Below, in pieces: positions 16,791 through 25,966 of a stretch of DNA of 32,000 bases. This DNA comes from Gemmata obscuriglobus (GTDB lineage Bacteria; Planctomycetota; Planctomycetia; Gemmatales; Gemmataceae). The notes below the pieces were generated by a model. It was not told where the DNA came from. It did no database searches and worked only from the letters and a program-made list of their open reading frames with translations. Position 1 is the stretch's first letter; each line of letters opens with the position of its first letter. The DNA lies in assembly GCF_008065095.1 (NCBI RefSeq), contig NZ_CP042911.1, positions 5,370,001-5,402,000 on the forward strand, read 5' to 3'. The position numbers were made by a program, and so were the translations under genes.

Positions 16791-16821
16791 GCCAGCGCCC
16801 GCGGTCGTGACTCGTTCCAAC

Positions 16822-16850
16822 CTGTAGCCGGCCGATCAAACCGGCTACAG
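16822..16850. terminator. 10-bp perfect stem-loop between convergent genes
   Basis: CTGTAGCCGG-CCGATCAAA-CCGGCTACAG, between the stops at 16790 (+) and 16865 (-). There is no T-run on either side. Confidence 0.35.
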
Positions 16851-16864
16851 AAGAGTGTCGTTAC

Positions 16865-17734
16865 TCAGCTCTCGGCCACCACCGGGTTCTTGAGCGTGCC
16901 GATGCCCTCGATCTCGACCTCGGCCACGTCGCCGGCCTTCAACAGCACCGGCGGCTTCCGCGCGATGCCTACGCCCGGCGGCGTGCCCGTGAAGATGAGG
17001 TCGCCCGGTTCCAGCGTGATGACCTGCGAGAGGAACGCCAGCACCGCCGGCACGCCGAAGATGAACTCTTTGGTGTTGGAGTTCTGAAGCGTTGTACCGT
17101 TCAGGCGCAACTGGATTTGCAAGTTGTGCGGGTTCTTCAGCTCGTCCGTCGTGACGAGCACCGGCCCGGTCGGGGCGAATGTGTCGAACGTCTTACCGAT
17201 GATCCACTGCTTCTCCTCGCCCCGGAACTGCCAGTCGCGGGCGCTAACGTCGTGCCCCACGGTGTACCCGCCGACGTACTCGAACGCGGCGTCGGTGTCC
17301 GGGATGTGTTTGCCCTTCTTGCCGATCACGATCACCAGTTCCGCCTCGTAATCGATCTTCTGGGCCACCTTCGGCAGCACGATCGGCTCGCCGTGCGCGA
17401 CCAACGTATTAGGGAACTTGCCGAAGATCACCGGTTCGGTCGGGATCGCTTTGCCACCCTCGATGGCGTGGTCGCGGTAGTTCAGCCCGATACAGAGGAT
17501 CTTCCCCGGGTTCGGAACCGGTGGGAGCAGTTTCACGGCGTTCGCCGCGTACTTCACGGCGTTGGGAGAGGACGCCACTTCCGCGGCCAACTTGCGCACC
17601 GCGGGCGAGGCGGCGAGGAGCGTTTTGACGCACGACGGCAGCCCCGGGTCGGTGGCGTGCAGGTCGATGTAGCCGTCGGCGACGGCCAGGGCGGCACGCG
17701 GGCCGTTCGGGGTCTGAATTGTGGCGAGCTTCAT
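16865..17734 (-). CDS. Fumarylacetoacetate hydrolase (FAH) family protein
   Basis: ATG 17734 (MKLATIQTPNGPRAALAV...). Also GLNYRDHAIEGG, PVIFGKF, the acidic metal-site context YEAELVIVIGKKG, and GDLIFTGTPPGVG. The track extension to 17959 is R/G-rich junk. Confidence 0.85.
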   Translation of the reverse strand: MKLATIQTPNGPRAALAVADGYIDLHATDPGLPSCVKTLLAASPAVRKLAAEVASSPNAVKYAANAVKLLPPVPNPGKILCIGLNYRDHAIEGGKAIPTEPVIFGKFPNTLVAHGEPIVLPKVAQKIDYEAELVIVIGKKGKHIPDTDAAFEYVGGYTVGHDVSARDWQFRGEEKQWIIGKTFDTFAPTGPVLVTTDELKNPHNLQIQLRLNGTTLQNSNTKEFIFGVPAVLAFLSQVITLEPGDLIFTGTPPGVGIARKPPVLLKAGDVAEVEIEGIGTLKNPVVAES

Positions 17735-18050
17735 TCGAGGTGCTCCTGGGGAGGGATTCTCGATGTATTCAATGGAGCGCCCGCCGATTGGGAAGGGGTT
17801 CCGGCCCGCGCCGCCACGGCGGGCGGCAGCACGCAACCGGTTGTACCGACACCGACCGTCCCGCCCGTGATTGATCGGACGGCGATCATAATTGGCTCGC
17901 CGCCGCCCTCGTGGCCGACCGTAATCACAACCGTCGTCCGCAGCCCCATCTTGCCACAAAAAGGACTCACGACCACCGGATCGTAAGCCTATTCCGAACG
18001 GCGGCTCTGATTGTTCCGGTCAGCCGCGCCGGCCGCTCTTTGCGGTAACT

Positions 18051-18986
18051 CTACTTGGCATGCTTGGCGAGGAACTCCCGCATCAGCTTCGCGATCTCGG
18101 TGCCGTTGGTTTCCAGGGCGAAGTGCCCTGCGTCGAGCAGGTGGAACTCCAGCGTCTTGAGGTCGCGCTTGTAAGGCTCGGCGCCGGCGGGCGGGAAGAT
18201 GGAGTCGTTCTTGCCCCAGGCGATCAGCGCCGGCGGCTGGTGCTTGCGGAAGTATTCCTGCCACTTCGGGTACAAGGGCGGGTTGCTGCCGTAGCTCAGG
18301 AACAGGTCGAGCTGGATGTCCGCGTTCCCGGGGCGGTCGAGGAAATACTGGTCCGTGATCCAGGCGTCCGGGGGCACCAGTTCCGGGTTCTTCAGCCCGT
18401 GGGTGTACTGCCATTTGGTGGCGTCGAGCTTCGTGAACGGCCGTAGCGCCTCACGCTTCTCCTTGCTCGCCGGCTCCTTCCAGTACGCCTTAATCGGCTT
18501 CCAGAAATCGTTGTCGAGCCCCTCCTCGTAGGCGTTCCCGTTCTGCACCACGATCGCGGTCACCCGCTCCGGGTGTTTGCTCGCCAGGCGGTACCCGACC
18601 GGTGCTCCGTAGTCCTGCACGTACAGCGCGTATTTTTTGAGCCCGACGGCCTCTGTGAACCGCTCGACGACCGACGCGAGGTTGTCGAAGGTGTAGCTGA
18701 ACGTGTCGCGCGACGGCATCGAGCTGTTGCCGAAACCGGGGTAGTCCGGGGCGATCACGCGATACCGGTCTGCGAGCTGTGGGATCAGGTTGCGGAACAT
18801 CTGCGAGCTAGTCGGGAACCCGTGCAGCAGCAGCACCGCGGGCGCGTCCTTCGGCCCGGCCTCGCGGTAGAAGATGTCGAGTTCGCCGACCTTCACGGAC
18901 TTGTGCAGCACCTTCGGCGGGTCGGCCGCCAGCACCGGCGCAGCGGTCAGTGTCAGGGCCGCGGCGAGAAGAGACGCGCGGGACAT
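18051..18986 (-). CDS. Secreted alpha/beta hydrolase (epoxide-hydrolase / haloalkane-dehalogenase-like fold)
   Basis: Signal peptide [21 protein letters not shown], oxyanion region [24 protein letters not shown], and nucleophile-elbow region VQDYGAPVG (Asp nucleophile type). Confidence 0.85.
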   Translation of the reverse strand: MSRASLLAAALTLTAAPVLAADPPKVLHKSVKVGELDIFYREAGPKDAPAVLLLHGFPTSSQMFRNLIPQLADRYRVIAPDYPGFGNSSMPSRDTFSYTFDNLASVVERFTEAVGLKKYALYVQDYGAPVGYRLASKHPERVTAIVVQNGNAYEEGLDNDFWKPIKAYWKEPASKEKREALRPFTKLDATKWQYTHGLKNPELVPPDAWITDQYFLDRPGNADIQLDLFLSYGSNPPLYPKWQEYFRKHQPPALIAWGKNDSIFPPAGAEPYKRDLKTLEFHLLDAGHFALETNGTEIAKLMREFLAKHAK

Positions 18987-19011
18987 GGTTCATACTCCTG
19001 AAAGTTCGGGG

Positions 19012-19482
19012 TTATTCGACACCGGAGAGGCCGGGGTGATCGTCGGGACGCGGGCCGGGCGCGGGCCAGTGGAACTTACGCTCTTCGGGCTTGATGGGGC
19101 GGTCGTTGATGCTCGCCTCCCGGCGCCGCATCAGCCCCGCCGCGTCGAACTCCCACAGTTCGTTGCCGTAACTGCGGAACCACTGCCCGCTGTCGTCGTG
19201 CCACTCGTACTGGAACCGCACCGCGATGCGGTCCGCGGTGAAGCTCCACAGCTCCTTCACGAGCCGATAGTCCAGTTCCCGCGACCACTTGCGGCGGAGG
19301 AACGCGCGGACCTCGTCGCGGCCCTTGGGGAACTCAGAGCGGTTGCGCCACACGGTGTCTTCGGTGTAGGCGAGCGCCACGCGGTCGGGGTCGCGGGTGT
19401 TCCAGGCGTTCTCCGCAGCTCGCACTTTCAGGCGTGCCGTTTCGAGCGTGAACGGCGGAACGATCGGGATCGGGGCGGACAT
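19012..19482 (-). CDS. DUF1348 / NTF2-like (SnoaL-fold) protein
   Basis: [41 protein letters not shown]...ELWEFD matches my recollection of the DUF1348 family. I preferred ATG 19482 because the track start 19509 would overlap the terminator tail at 19503-19513. Confidence 0.75.
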   Translation of the reverse strand: MSAPIPIVPPFTLETARLKVRAAENAWNTRDPDRVALAYTEDTVWRNRSEFPKGRDEVRAFLRRKWSRELDYRLVKELWSFTADRIAVRFQYEWHDDSGQWFRSYGNELWEFDAAGLMRRREASINDRPIKPEERKFHWPAPGPRPDDHPGLSGVE

Positions 19483-19502
19483 CGGAACCAACCTTTCTGG
19501 GT

Positions 19503-19538
19503 GAAACAAAACGGCCCCGGCTCACCGCGAACCGGGGC
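19503..19538 (-). terminator. Intrinsic terminator after the CMD gene
   Basis: The minus strand reads GCCCCGG-TTCGCGGTGAG-CCGGGGC followed by CGTTTTGTTTC. It starts 12 nt after the stop at 19550. Confidence 0.55.
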
Positions 19539-19549
19539 GCTACGGGATC

Positions 19550-20134
19550 TTACCGGGTCGGGTCACAGCCCTGGATCTGGCCGCACGCCTCGTGGTGGTC
19601 GATCGGCTCGGCCTTCGGGAAGTCGATCTCGGTTTCGGCGACGTTGTTCACGTAGTTGGTGAACGTGTTCAGCGCGACGTGTGCGACGATCTCGGTGATT
19701 TCGGCGTCGCTGTAGCCGGCGTCACGAACCCGCTGCACTTCGGAGTCACTCGCTTTACCGTGCTTCGCCACCAGTGTGCGGACAAAGGCGAGTGCCGCTG
19801 CGGTCTTCGAATCTTCCGAGGTCCCCTTGCGTCCCTGGATCAGTTGCTCGGCGGTCAGCCCGACACGTTTGCCGATGGCGGTGTGAGCCGACACACAGTA
19901 GTCGCACCCGTTGACCTCGCCCACGGCCACCGCTAGCAGTTCCTTGAGCTTCACCGGAAGCGTGCCGCCCGCCAGCGCCCCGGACAGCCCGAGGTACCCT
20001 TCGAGGACGGCCGGCGCGGTCGCCATCACTTTCGTCAGATTCGGGGTGATCCCCATCTTCGCCTTCACCGCGTCCAGCAGCACCTTGGCCTTGCCTTCAG
20101 CACGGATCGGATCGACTTGGTTCAAGCGGGACAT
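19550..20134 (-). CDS. Carboxymuconolactone decarboxylase family / AhpD-like peroxidase-fold protein
   Basis: NGCDYCVSAHTAIG (the C-x-x-C/S-x-H motif of the family). ATG 20134 is preceded by AGGAG 7 nt upstream (CAGGAGTCGATCATG). Confidence 0.8.
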   Translation of the reverse strand: MSRLNQVDPIRAEGKAKVLLDAVKAKMGITPNLTKVMATAPAVLEGYLGLSGALAGGTLPVKLKELLAVAVGEVNGCDYCVSAHTAIGKRVGLTAEQLIQGRKGTSEDSKTAAALAFVRTLVAKHGKASDSEVQRVRDAGYSDAEITEIVAHVALNTFTNYVNNVAETEIDFPKAEPIDHHEACGQIQGCDPTR

Positions 20135-20204
20135 GATCGACTCCTGACGTGTTCGCGGTGCCGGGCTCGTTTGGGCGGGCACCTTTTCGCCCCTGACGGG
20201 GTCT

Positions 20205-20224
20205 TATACAGACCGGTCTGTATA
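20205..20224. promoter_or_regulatory. Perfect 20-bp palindrome TATACAGACCGGTCTGTATA, candidate TetR operator
   Basis: Exact self-complement, verified base by base. It is A/T-rich relative to its surroundings. It sits 21 nt downstream of the tetR stop and 71 nt upstream of the CMD start codon. Confidence 0.45.
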
Positions 20225-20244
20225 GCGCTTACAGAAAAAAAATC

Positions 20245-20817
20245 TCAGGCCCGTTGCAGGAGCGTGCGGGCCACTTCAAAAGCCTGATCCGCGCTGTCCG
20301 AAGTGCCGTCGCGCGCTGCGGCCACAATCGCGCCGTCGATCAGCATCGTCACGGCCGCCGCCACCGTATCGGCATCGTTCACGCGAGCCTTTTTGAGCGC
20401 GTCTGCCACGGCAGCGGTGAACCGGGCAGCGTGTTCGTCGATCGCGCTTCGCCCCGGGTGCGACGGGTCGGGCAGTTCGGCGGTCGCGTTGATGAATGCA
20501 CAGCCGCGGAAGTCCGGGGTGCGGAACCACTCCTTCAGCGCCGCGAAGATCGCGTCGAGCCAATCGCCCGACTGTTCGGCGTACCGGACCACCGCACTCG
20601 CGAACCAGGTGCAGACGTGCTCGCTGCGACGCCGCAGGTACGCCGCGATTAGCTCGTCCTTCGATTTGAAGTGCGCGTACAGAGTCATCTTCGCGACCCC
20701 GGCCGCGGCGATGACGGTATCGACCCCGGTGGCGCGGATCCCGTCGCGGTAGAACAGGCGGTCCGCGGCTTCGAGTACCCGCTCGCGGGCGTCGGCCGTC
20801 GGCTTGGTGCGAGCCAT
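20245..20817 (-). CDS. TetR/AcrR-family transcriptional regulator
   Basis: ATG 20817 (MARTKPTADARERVLEAADRLFYRDGIRATGVDTVIAAAGVAKMTLYAHFKSKDELI...) is a canonical TetR N-terminal HTH. The track extension to 21069 overlaps the upstream gene. Confidence 0.9.
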   Translation of the reverse strand: MARTKPTADARERVLEAADRLFYRDGIRATGVDTVIAAAGVAKMTLYAHFKSKDELIAAYLRRRSEHVCTWFASAVVRYAEQSGDWLDAIFAALKEWFRTPDFRGCAFINATAELPDPSHPGRSAIDEHAARFTAAVADALKKARVNDADTVAAAVTMLIDGAIVAAARDGTSDSADQAFEVARTLLQRA

Positions 20818-20923
20818 AGATTCCCCACGGTGCCGGGCATGAAGTGCAGCGACCCGGCACCGCGCTCGCGGAACCGGGTCGACACTCGGATAGTACACCG
20901 CGCGCCGGGGCAGTGTTACACCG

Positions 20924-21628
20924 TCACTTCCACAGCTTCTTTTCGTCGATGATCTCCCCGCCCGCCACGGTAATCGCCTTCTTGAACTCGTCCGGGTCGA
21001 GTTTGCGGCGCACCCGCCGCACCGAGCCGTCGCACAGCGCCACGTTAAACACGCCGTCGAACAACCCACCGAGCTTGGGGAGCGGCTTCTGTTCGTCGAA
21101 CGGAAGGTCTGCCGGCTTGGTCCAGATCACCGGATCGCCGGCCTCGACCGCCAGGACCGTGTTCGAGGTGCCGTCGGTGATGTCGGTCAGTTTGATGTCG
21201 GCCTTATCCCCGAACAGCGCCCCCTTGCCGGTGAACGTCTGGTAGAACGTCTCGCCCGCCTTGGCCTTCACCCGGACCGGGGCGTACACCTTCGGCATCT
21301 TCTCGATCAGCTTCTTGTTCGTGTCCGAGTCCCACGGCTCGTCCAGCTTGAACTGTTTGTACAGGTCATCCTGTTCGAAGTACGGCAACAGGGCCACGCG
21401 CCAGCTCAGCAGCGGTTTCCCGTCCTTGTCGACGATGTTCCCGGTGAACTTACCGTTCGCGTCGTGCAGGTTGTGGAACGCCAGCGCGATCTGCTCCAGG
21501 TTGTTCGACGACCTGGCGAGTTCAGTCAGCGTGGGCGGTTCGTCCTGTGCGCCTGCGGGCACCACGAGGGCGCTCACGAGGGCCGTGGGAACCCAAAGAG
21601 CCGGGGTCCAGAGCCAGGGCGTGCGCAT
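20924..21628 (-). CDS. DUF1559-like exported protein, paralogue B (signal peptide instead of prepilin leader)
   Basis: MRTPWLWTPALWVPTALVSALVVPAGAQ, then NLEQIALAFHNLHD, LLSWRVALLPYFEQDDLYKQFKLDEPWDS, ITDGTSNT and CDGSVR. An alternative GTG start at 21658 overlaps the upstream stop as GTGA. Confidence 0.7.
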   Translation of the reverse strand: MRTPWLWTPALWVPTALVSALVVPAGAQDEPPTLTELARSSNNLEQIALAFHNLHDANGKFTGNIVDKDGKPLLSWRVALLPYFEQDDLYKQFKLDEPWDSDTNKKLIEKMPKVYAPVRVKAKAGETFYQTFTGKGALFGDKADIKLTDITDGTSNTVLAVEAGDPVIWTKPADLPFDEQKPLPKLGGLFDGVFNVALCDGSVRRVRRKLDPDEFKKAITVAGGEIIDEKKLWK

Positions 21629-21654
21629 AAGGAGACCTCGGAGGAAACGGAGCG

Positions 21655-22344
21655 TCACTTCTTTATCAGCCTATCAGTGTTAACCGGCTGTCCGTCGTTG
21701 GGCATGATCACTTTTTTCATCTCGCCCGGGTCGCCACCCTTTTTAAAAAGGTAAACCGACCCGTCTCCCATGAGAACGTGAAAGTCCCCGTCGAACGACC
21801 CGCCGAGCCCCGGCAGCGGCAGTTTCTCGTTAAACGTCTGGTCGATCGGCTGGCTCCAGGTCACAGGATTGGCGGCTTCCACGACGAGGGCCGTGTTCGA
21901 CAAACCGTCGCCAATCTGTGCCCACTTGAGCGAACCCTTTTCGGTCCAGATGGTGTCCTTGCCGACGAACCGCTGGTAGAAGGTCTCGCCCGCCTTGGCC
22001 TTGCCGCGTGCCGGGGCGTACACCTTCGGCATCTTCTCGATCAGCTTCTTGTTGTTCGGCCCGTCCCACGGCTCGTCCAGCTTGAACTGCTTGTACAGCT
22101 TCTCTTCTCCCAGGTACGGAAGCAGGGCGACGCGCCAGCTCAGCAGGAGCCGGCCGTCCTTATCGGCGATGTCGTCGGCCGGCCGGCTGTCGTGTTCGTC
22201 GGCGTGCGCGTGAAACGCCAGACCGACCTGTTTGAGGTTCTCGGATGCGGTTTCAAGTTCCTTCTTGGTCACCGGCTCGGCCGCTAGCACGACCGAACCG
22301 CACAGCACCGCCGCCGCCGTAAGAGTCCGCCAGGTGTTCATCAT
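21655..22344 (-). CDS. DUF1559-like exported protein, paralogue A
   Basis: MMNTWRTLTAAAVLCGSVVLAAEP, then NLKQVGLAFHAH, LLSWRVALLPYLGEEKLYKQFKLDEPWDG, IGDGLSNT and GDGSVY. ATG 22344 is preceded by GGAGGG. The track start is GTG 22365. Confidence 0.7.
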   Translation of the reverse strand: MMNTWRTLTAAAVLCGSVVLAAEPVTKKELETASENLKQVGLAFHAHADEHDSRPADDIADKDGRLLLSWRVALLPYLGEEKLYKQFKLDEPWDGPNNKKLIEKMPKVYAPARGKAKAGETFYQRFVGKDTIWTEKGSLKWAQIGDGLSNTALVVEAANPVTWSQPIDQTFNEKLPLPGLGGSFDGDFHVLMGDGSVYLFKKGGDPGEMKKVIMPNDGQPVNTDRLIKK

Positions 22345-22446
22345 CGCCCTCCGTCTCAGGAGCACCTCAACCCCAAACGAGACGCCGCAGCCGGTTCACG
22401 ATCTCAGCAGCCGCGCCGATTTATTCCGACCGGAGGTGGGCCGCGG

Positions 22447-22878
22447 TCATTTCTTACTGAGCGTGATGTTGATGGCGCTTTCCGCGGTGACCGTGTAGGT
22501 CAAGCCGGAGGTACCGACTTCCTCATACCGTTTCGGGACCGGGACGAAGGTGCCGCCGCGCCCGCCGACGGTCACCGCTTTGCCGTCTTTGGATTTCGGG
22601 GCCGCGAACTGGGCGTGATTGGAAGTCCGAACGGCGGCCTTCACCTTCCCCAACGGGGCGGACGGCACGCGGTAGTTGCCGTCCGGCGCGATCTCACCGC
22701 GGGCGCTGGCGGACCCGTCCTCGGCCTCGAAGTAAACCTCACCCATCGTCAGTTTCTCGCCGTCGAGGGTGACGGAACCGGTCACGACGGTCTCTTTGGC
22801 CGGCGGAGGCGGCGAGCACCCCACCGCCGACATTCCGACAACGGCCGCACCGAGCACGAACAGCCTGACACACCGCAT
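22447..22878 (-). CDS. Small lipoprotein (carboxypeptidase-regulatory-like beta-sandwich type often found next to DUF1559 genes)
   Basis: Lipobox MSAVGC after a hydrophobic leader, then a VTGSVTLDG...G.Y.V pattern. 143 aa. Confidence 0.65.
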   Translation of the reverse strand: MRCVRLFVLGAAVVGMSAVGCSPPPPAKETVVTGSVTLDGEKLTMGEVYFEAEDGSASARGEIAPDGNYRVPSAPLGKVKAAVRTSNHAQFAAPKSKDGKAVTVGGRGGTFVPVPKRYEEVGTSGLTYTVTAESAINITLSKK

Positions 22879-22913
22879 GGATCGAGCGCCTGGAGAGGAA
22901 ACGGGAGGGATAC

Positions 22914-22950
22914 CAATTAAAACGCGGCCCCGGCGGTGTGCCGGGGCCGC
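22914..22950 (-). terminator. Intrinsic terminator after the DUF1559 gene
   Basis: The minus strand reads GCGGCCCCGG-CACACCG-CCGGGGCCGC (10-bp perfect stem) followed by GTTTTAATTG. It starts 13 nt after the stop at 22963. Confidence 0.55.
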
Positions 22951-22962
22951 GGACCGGGGCGT

Positions 22963-23946
22963 TTACCAGTCGCTGCCGAGCACGCCGCCGTCCCGCGGCT
23001 GCACGGCCATGCTCCAGGTTTGCTGGGTGACGCCGGACGACACCGAGCGAACGCTGCCGTCTCCCAGCCCGATGAGGACCACGTTCGAGCTGTGCCCCTG
23101 CGCGCGATTGTTGTCGCACTGAGCGGCGGTGGGGTTGAACTGCGGCACCGGGAACTGCCGCTGGTCCACGGCCACCGACGTGCTGATCGGGTACCGGGCG
23201 AAGGTCGGCCAGAAGCGGTCGTCCGCCGGGTGGCCCCAGGCGGTACCGAACGTGTCCGACCCGTTCGGCGAGCCGGCCGGGCCGCACCCCTTGCGCTTCT
23301 CCGCCACGAAGATGACGTTCGAGGTGCCGTCGGTCAGGCTCGACAGGTTGTTTTTGCCGGCCGTGTTCTGCCAGTCGCCCGGGCTGGCCGGGAGCTGGCC
23401 CGGACGCCCGAACACCTGGAAGTTACAGGCGTAGCTGCACAGGGCCACGTCCACCCCGCCGGCGCTCTTGGCCGGCTCCCACATCCAGTCGGCGTTGAAC
23501 CCGCGCGCGAACACCCCGCTCCCGCCGGTCGAATCGGCCGGGGCCACGAGCAGTTTGAGCGGGATGCTCATCGCGGCTTGGCTGGTGCTGCCGATCTGAC
23601 CCAGTCCGCTCCCCGGCCAGTTGCCGATGCTATTGGACACGGCGCCCTGCTCGTAGTACGGGAGCAGCGCGAAGAAGAACGTCGAGTCACTGCTCGAATA
23701 CGTAAAGTTGGTCGGGTTGCTCCACCAGAACGACACCACCGGCGGCAGGTAATTGGTCGTGTCGTGCCCGTTGTGGCACGCGAGGAGGGTCTGCTTAATG
23801 TTGTTCTGGCTGCTCATCCGGGCGGCGGCCTCACGCACCTTCTGAACGGCGGGCAACAAGAGGCCGATCAGGATTGCAATAATCGCGATCACCACCAGCA
23901 GTTCGATCAGCGTGAACGCACGGCGTACGCGCAGGGACGTTACCAT
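22963..23946 (-). CDS. DUF1559 domain protein with prepilin-type N-terminal cleavage/methylation motif
   Basis: ATG 23946: [52 protein letters not shown]. Also LTDGTSN, and a C-terminal H...GDGSV block. This is the classic planctomycete family. Confidence 0.9.
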   Translation of the reverse strand: MVTSLRVRRAFTLIELLVVIAIIAILIGLLLPAVQKVREAAARMSSQNNIKQTLLACHNGHDTTNYLPPVVSFWWSNPTNFTYSSSDSTFFFALLPYYEQGAVSNSIGNWPGSGLGQIGSTSQAAMSIPLKLLVAPADSTGGSGVFARGFNADWMWEPAKSAGGVDVALCSYACNFQVFGRPGQLPASPGDWQNTAGKNNLSSLTDGTSNVIFVAEKRKGCGPAGSPNGSDTFGTAWGHPADDRFWPTFARYPISTSVAVDQRQFPVPQFNPTAAQCDNNRAQGHSSNVVLIGLGDGSVRSVSSGVTQQTWSMAVQPRDGGVLGSDW

Positions 23947-24060
23947 TACGACCTCGGGAGAGAGGTGAAGAACAGATGAAACCTCCTCCATCCTTACCAG
24001 ACCAATCCCGACACGTCAATCACTTGGTGTCCGGGGGGTGCCCCTCTGGATTTTGGCCCG

Positions 24061-24369
24061 TTATTGGTTTTCCCAAAACCCCTTCCACTCCGGCCCCGCT
24101 GCTAATGCCCCCAGTTCGACAAACGGTGCCACATGCCCCAGATTCCATCTCGCCCCAGTTTGTTTCATTCTGATGTTGAGCAATTGCTTAACCGTTCCCT
24201 CCACCAACCCGCTTCCAATCGACTGCCCCCGCCGCAAACGCACCGCATAATTCAACCGCCCCTGTCGGCCACAAAAGTAATTCAATACGCCGCCCAAGGC
24301 GGCTCCGTCGCCTCCGGCGGGCATCTGCCCGGTCAGTTCTCCGATCCAGTCCACCAACCCGGGATATCC
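24061..24369 (-). pseudogene. ISKra4-like transposase, C-terminal fragment
   Basis: GYPGLVDWIGELTG...YFCGRQGRLNYAVRLRRGQSIGSGLVEGTVKQLLNIRMKQTGARWN. This is the IGSG-x-VE...K-x-x-G-x-RW tail that I associate with ISKra4-family transposases. Confidence 0.7.
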
Positions 24370-25966
24370 CAGTGCTGTGCACAACTGAGTTCAGGGATCC
24401 TCGTTGGGCTTGTGGGCTTGTCGACGCCGTTGGACGGAGGTGTGTGCCCCCTTCTGTTTCGCGGCGTGCGGGTGGGCACGGGGCGCCTTGTTGCGTGTCT
24501 TGTCCCAGCCCGGCTTCCACATCGTGCCCAATAACTGATCCAACAACGTTCCCACACTCTCTGCCGTCTGATCCGTCGGGATCAGGGACACGATCATCGA
24601 CACCTCGACCAACTCCTTGAGCGCGGCCAACTGACGATGCCAGTCCGTGCAGAACTGCGCCGTCGAGAGGTCGTCGATGGTCACCTTCCGCTTCGCAACC
24701 ACATAGCCCTGGAGGACCTGCACCACGTTCGCGAGGACGAAACACATCGACGCCTGAAACACGGTCGCCTCCGGTGTCGAACCGATGAACCGACCCAGGG
24801 CGAAGATCGCCGTCACCTTTTGGAACGTGCCTTCGATGGTCCACCGGATGCGGTACAGGTCCAACAGATCGGTCGCCGGGTATGGGGCCGAATCGAGCAG
24901 GTCCGTGAGGATTGTAATCGCTTCGCCCACCGGGCGCGCGACGGTGATCCGCCGGACGTACCGGCGGAGCTTGTCCTTGGGCTTCCCGGCCCACCCCCAT
25001 TCTTCGACCACGGCTCGTTGGGATGGGTCCGCGGTCGTGACCGCGGGGCGCTTCGGGTCGGGTTCGAACGACAGGGTCCGCGCGTACCGCACCACGAAAT
25101 GACCATTGTCCTTGGTGAACTCGGCGAAGTGCTTCGACGCACAGAACAACCGATCCCCGACCACCAGTTTCGCCGGACCGCCTCGGGCGTGCACTCGGGG
25201 CATCAAATCGGGGATCAGTTTGGCCTCGTTGGTTTCGCCATCGAGATCGGCCGCCATGTCGAGCACCAACCCGTCACGGGGCCGGTACGCCACGAGCAGT
25301 TTTCCGCCCAAGAGCTTGCCCGGTGTGCCCCGCGTGTCGACGAGTCGCTTGGCCACCTTCTTGAGACTCTTGCCGTCGAGGATCAGAACCTCCAGGCGGT
25401 CGAAGGAGGTCGGAAGGCGGTGCGCGACGACCTCGGGGAACAGGGCGGTGAACCGGTCGGTGACGTCCCGCAGGAACGCTTCGCTCAGGCCCCGGGGGAT
25501 GCGCCGGAGCTTGCCGTAGAACGCTTCGTGGCACCCGTCGTCGGGTTGCCGGTGGCGTCGCAGGTGGGCCTGCCGCCCCGAGCCCTGGTGTTCGATGAGC
25601 GCATCGAAGATCCAGGTGACCAGTTGGGCGAAGGTCACGACGTCCTCATAGCCGCGTCCCCGATGTCGCTCGTAGAGGTCCGCGAGGACCGGGTCGGGAA
25701 CGCCATAGGCGAAGAGTGCGAGCGACGCGTGGGCCAGTGGCAGGCCCTCCAGGACCTGGCGCGCGAAGTCCGTGGGCGCGTGCGGTTGGGAGCGTGGGAC
25801 GCGCTGATGAGGTGGCAGAATCACGGTGACCTCCATGTCCCGGGTCGCGGACCCCGCACCACCCCGCGTCCCACGACCACTCGGTTAACCCCAATTTCGT
25901 CGCAGTGAAAACCCTAAATCAGCAATCCGCAATCAGTTATACAAATCCAAGATGTGCATAGCACTG
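24370..25966 (-). mobile_element. IS4-like insertion sequence (1597 bp) nested inside the ISKra4-like transposase gene
   Basis: The ends are CAGTGCTGTGCACA (24370-24383) and TGTGCATAGCACTG (25953-25966), a 13/14 inverted repeat. An exact 9-bp direct repeat GGGATATCC flanks the element (24361-24369 and 25967-25975). Confidence 0.8.
24391..25836 (-). CDS. DDE transposase, IS4-like family, apparently intact (481 aa)
   Basis: Candidate DDE residues in LILDGKSL, VVGDRLFC and the Y-x-x-R-x-x-x-E block YRIRWTIEGTFQK. The ORF nearly fills the element. Confidence 0.75.
   Translation of the reverse strand: MEVTVILPPHQRVPRSQPHAPTDFARQVLEGLPLAHASLALFAYGVPDPVLADLYERHRGRGYEDVVTFAQLVTWIFDALIEHQGSGRQAHLRRHRQPDDGCHEAFYGKLRRIPRGLSEAFLRDVTDRFTALFPEVVAHRLPTSFDRLEVLILDGKSLKKVAKRLVDTRGTPGKLLGGKLLVAYRPRDGLVLDMAADLDGETNEAKLIPDLMPRVHARGGPAKLVVGDRLFCASKHFAEFTKDNGHFVVRYARTLSFEPDPKRPAVTTADPSQRAVVEEWGWAGKPKDKLRRYVRRITVARPVGEAITILTDLLDSAPYPATDLLDLYRIRWTIEGTFQKVTAIFALGRFIGSTPEATVFQASMCFVLANVVQVLQGYVVAKRKVTIDDLSTAQFCTDWHRQLAALKELVEVSMIVSLIPTDQTAESVGTLLDQLLGTMWKPGWDKTRNKAPRAHPHAAKQKGAHTSVQRRRQAHKPNEDP

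Noticed and set aside
15777-16820. 347-aa minus-strand ORF
   Set aside because: It is antisense to the flavoprotein gene, a shadow ORF.
20829-20861. Inverted repeat GGTGCCGGG-N15-CCCGGCACC just upstream of tetR, as a second TetR operator
   Set aside because: It is unrelated in sequence to the 20-bp palindrome and is GC-rich with a 15-nt loop. It is more simply read as a stem-loop following the upstream DUF1559-like gene, and I mention it only under the operator finding.
24637-25908. 423-aa plus-strand ORF
   Set aside because: It is antisense to the intact IS4-like transposase and has a low-complexity R/G/E/V composition.
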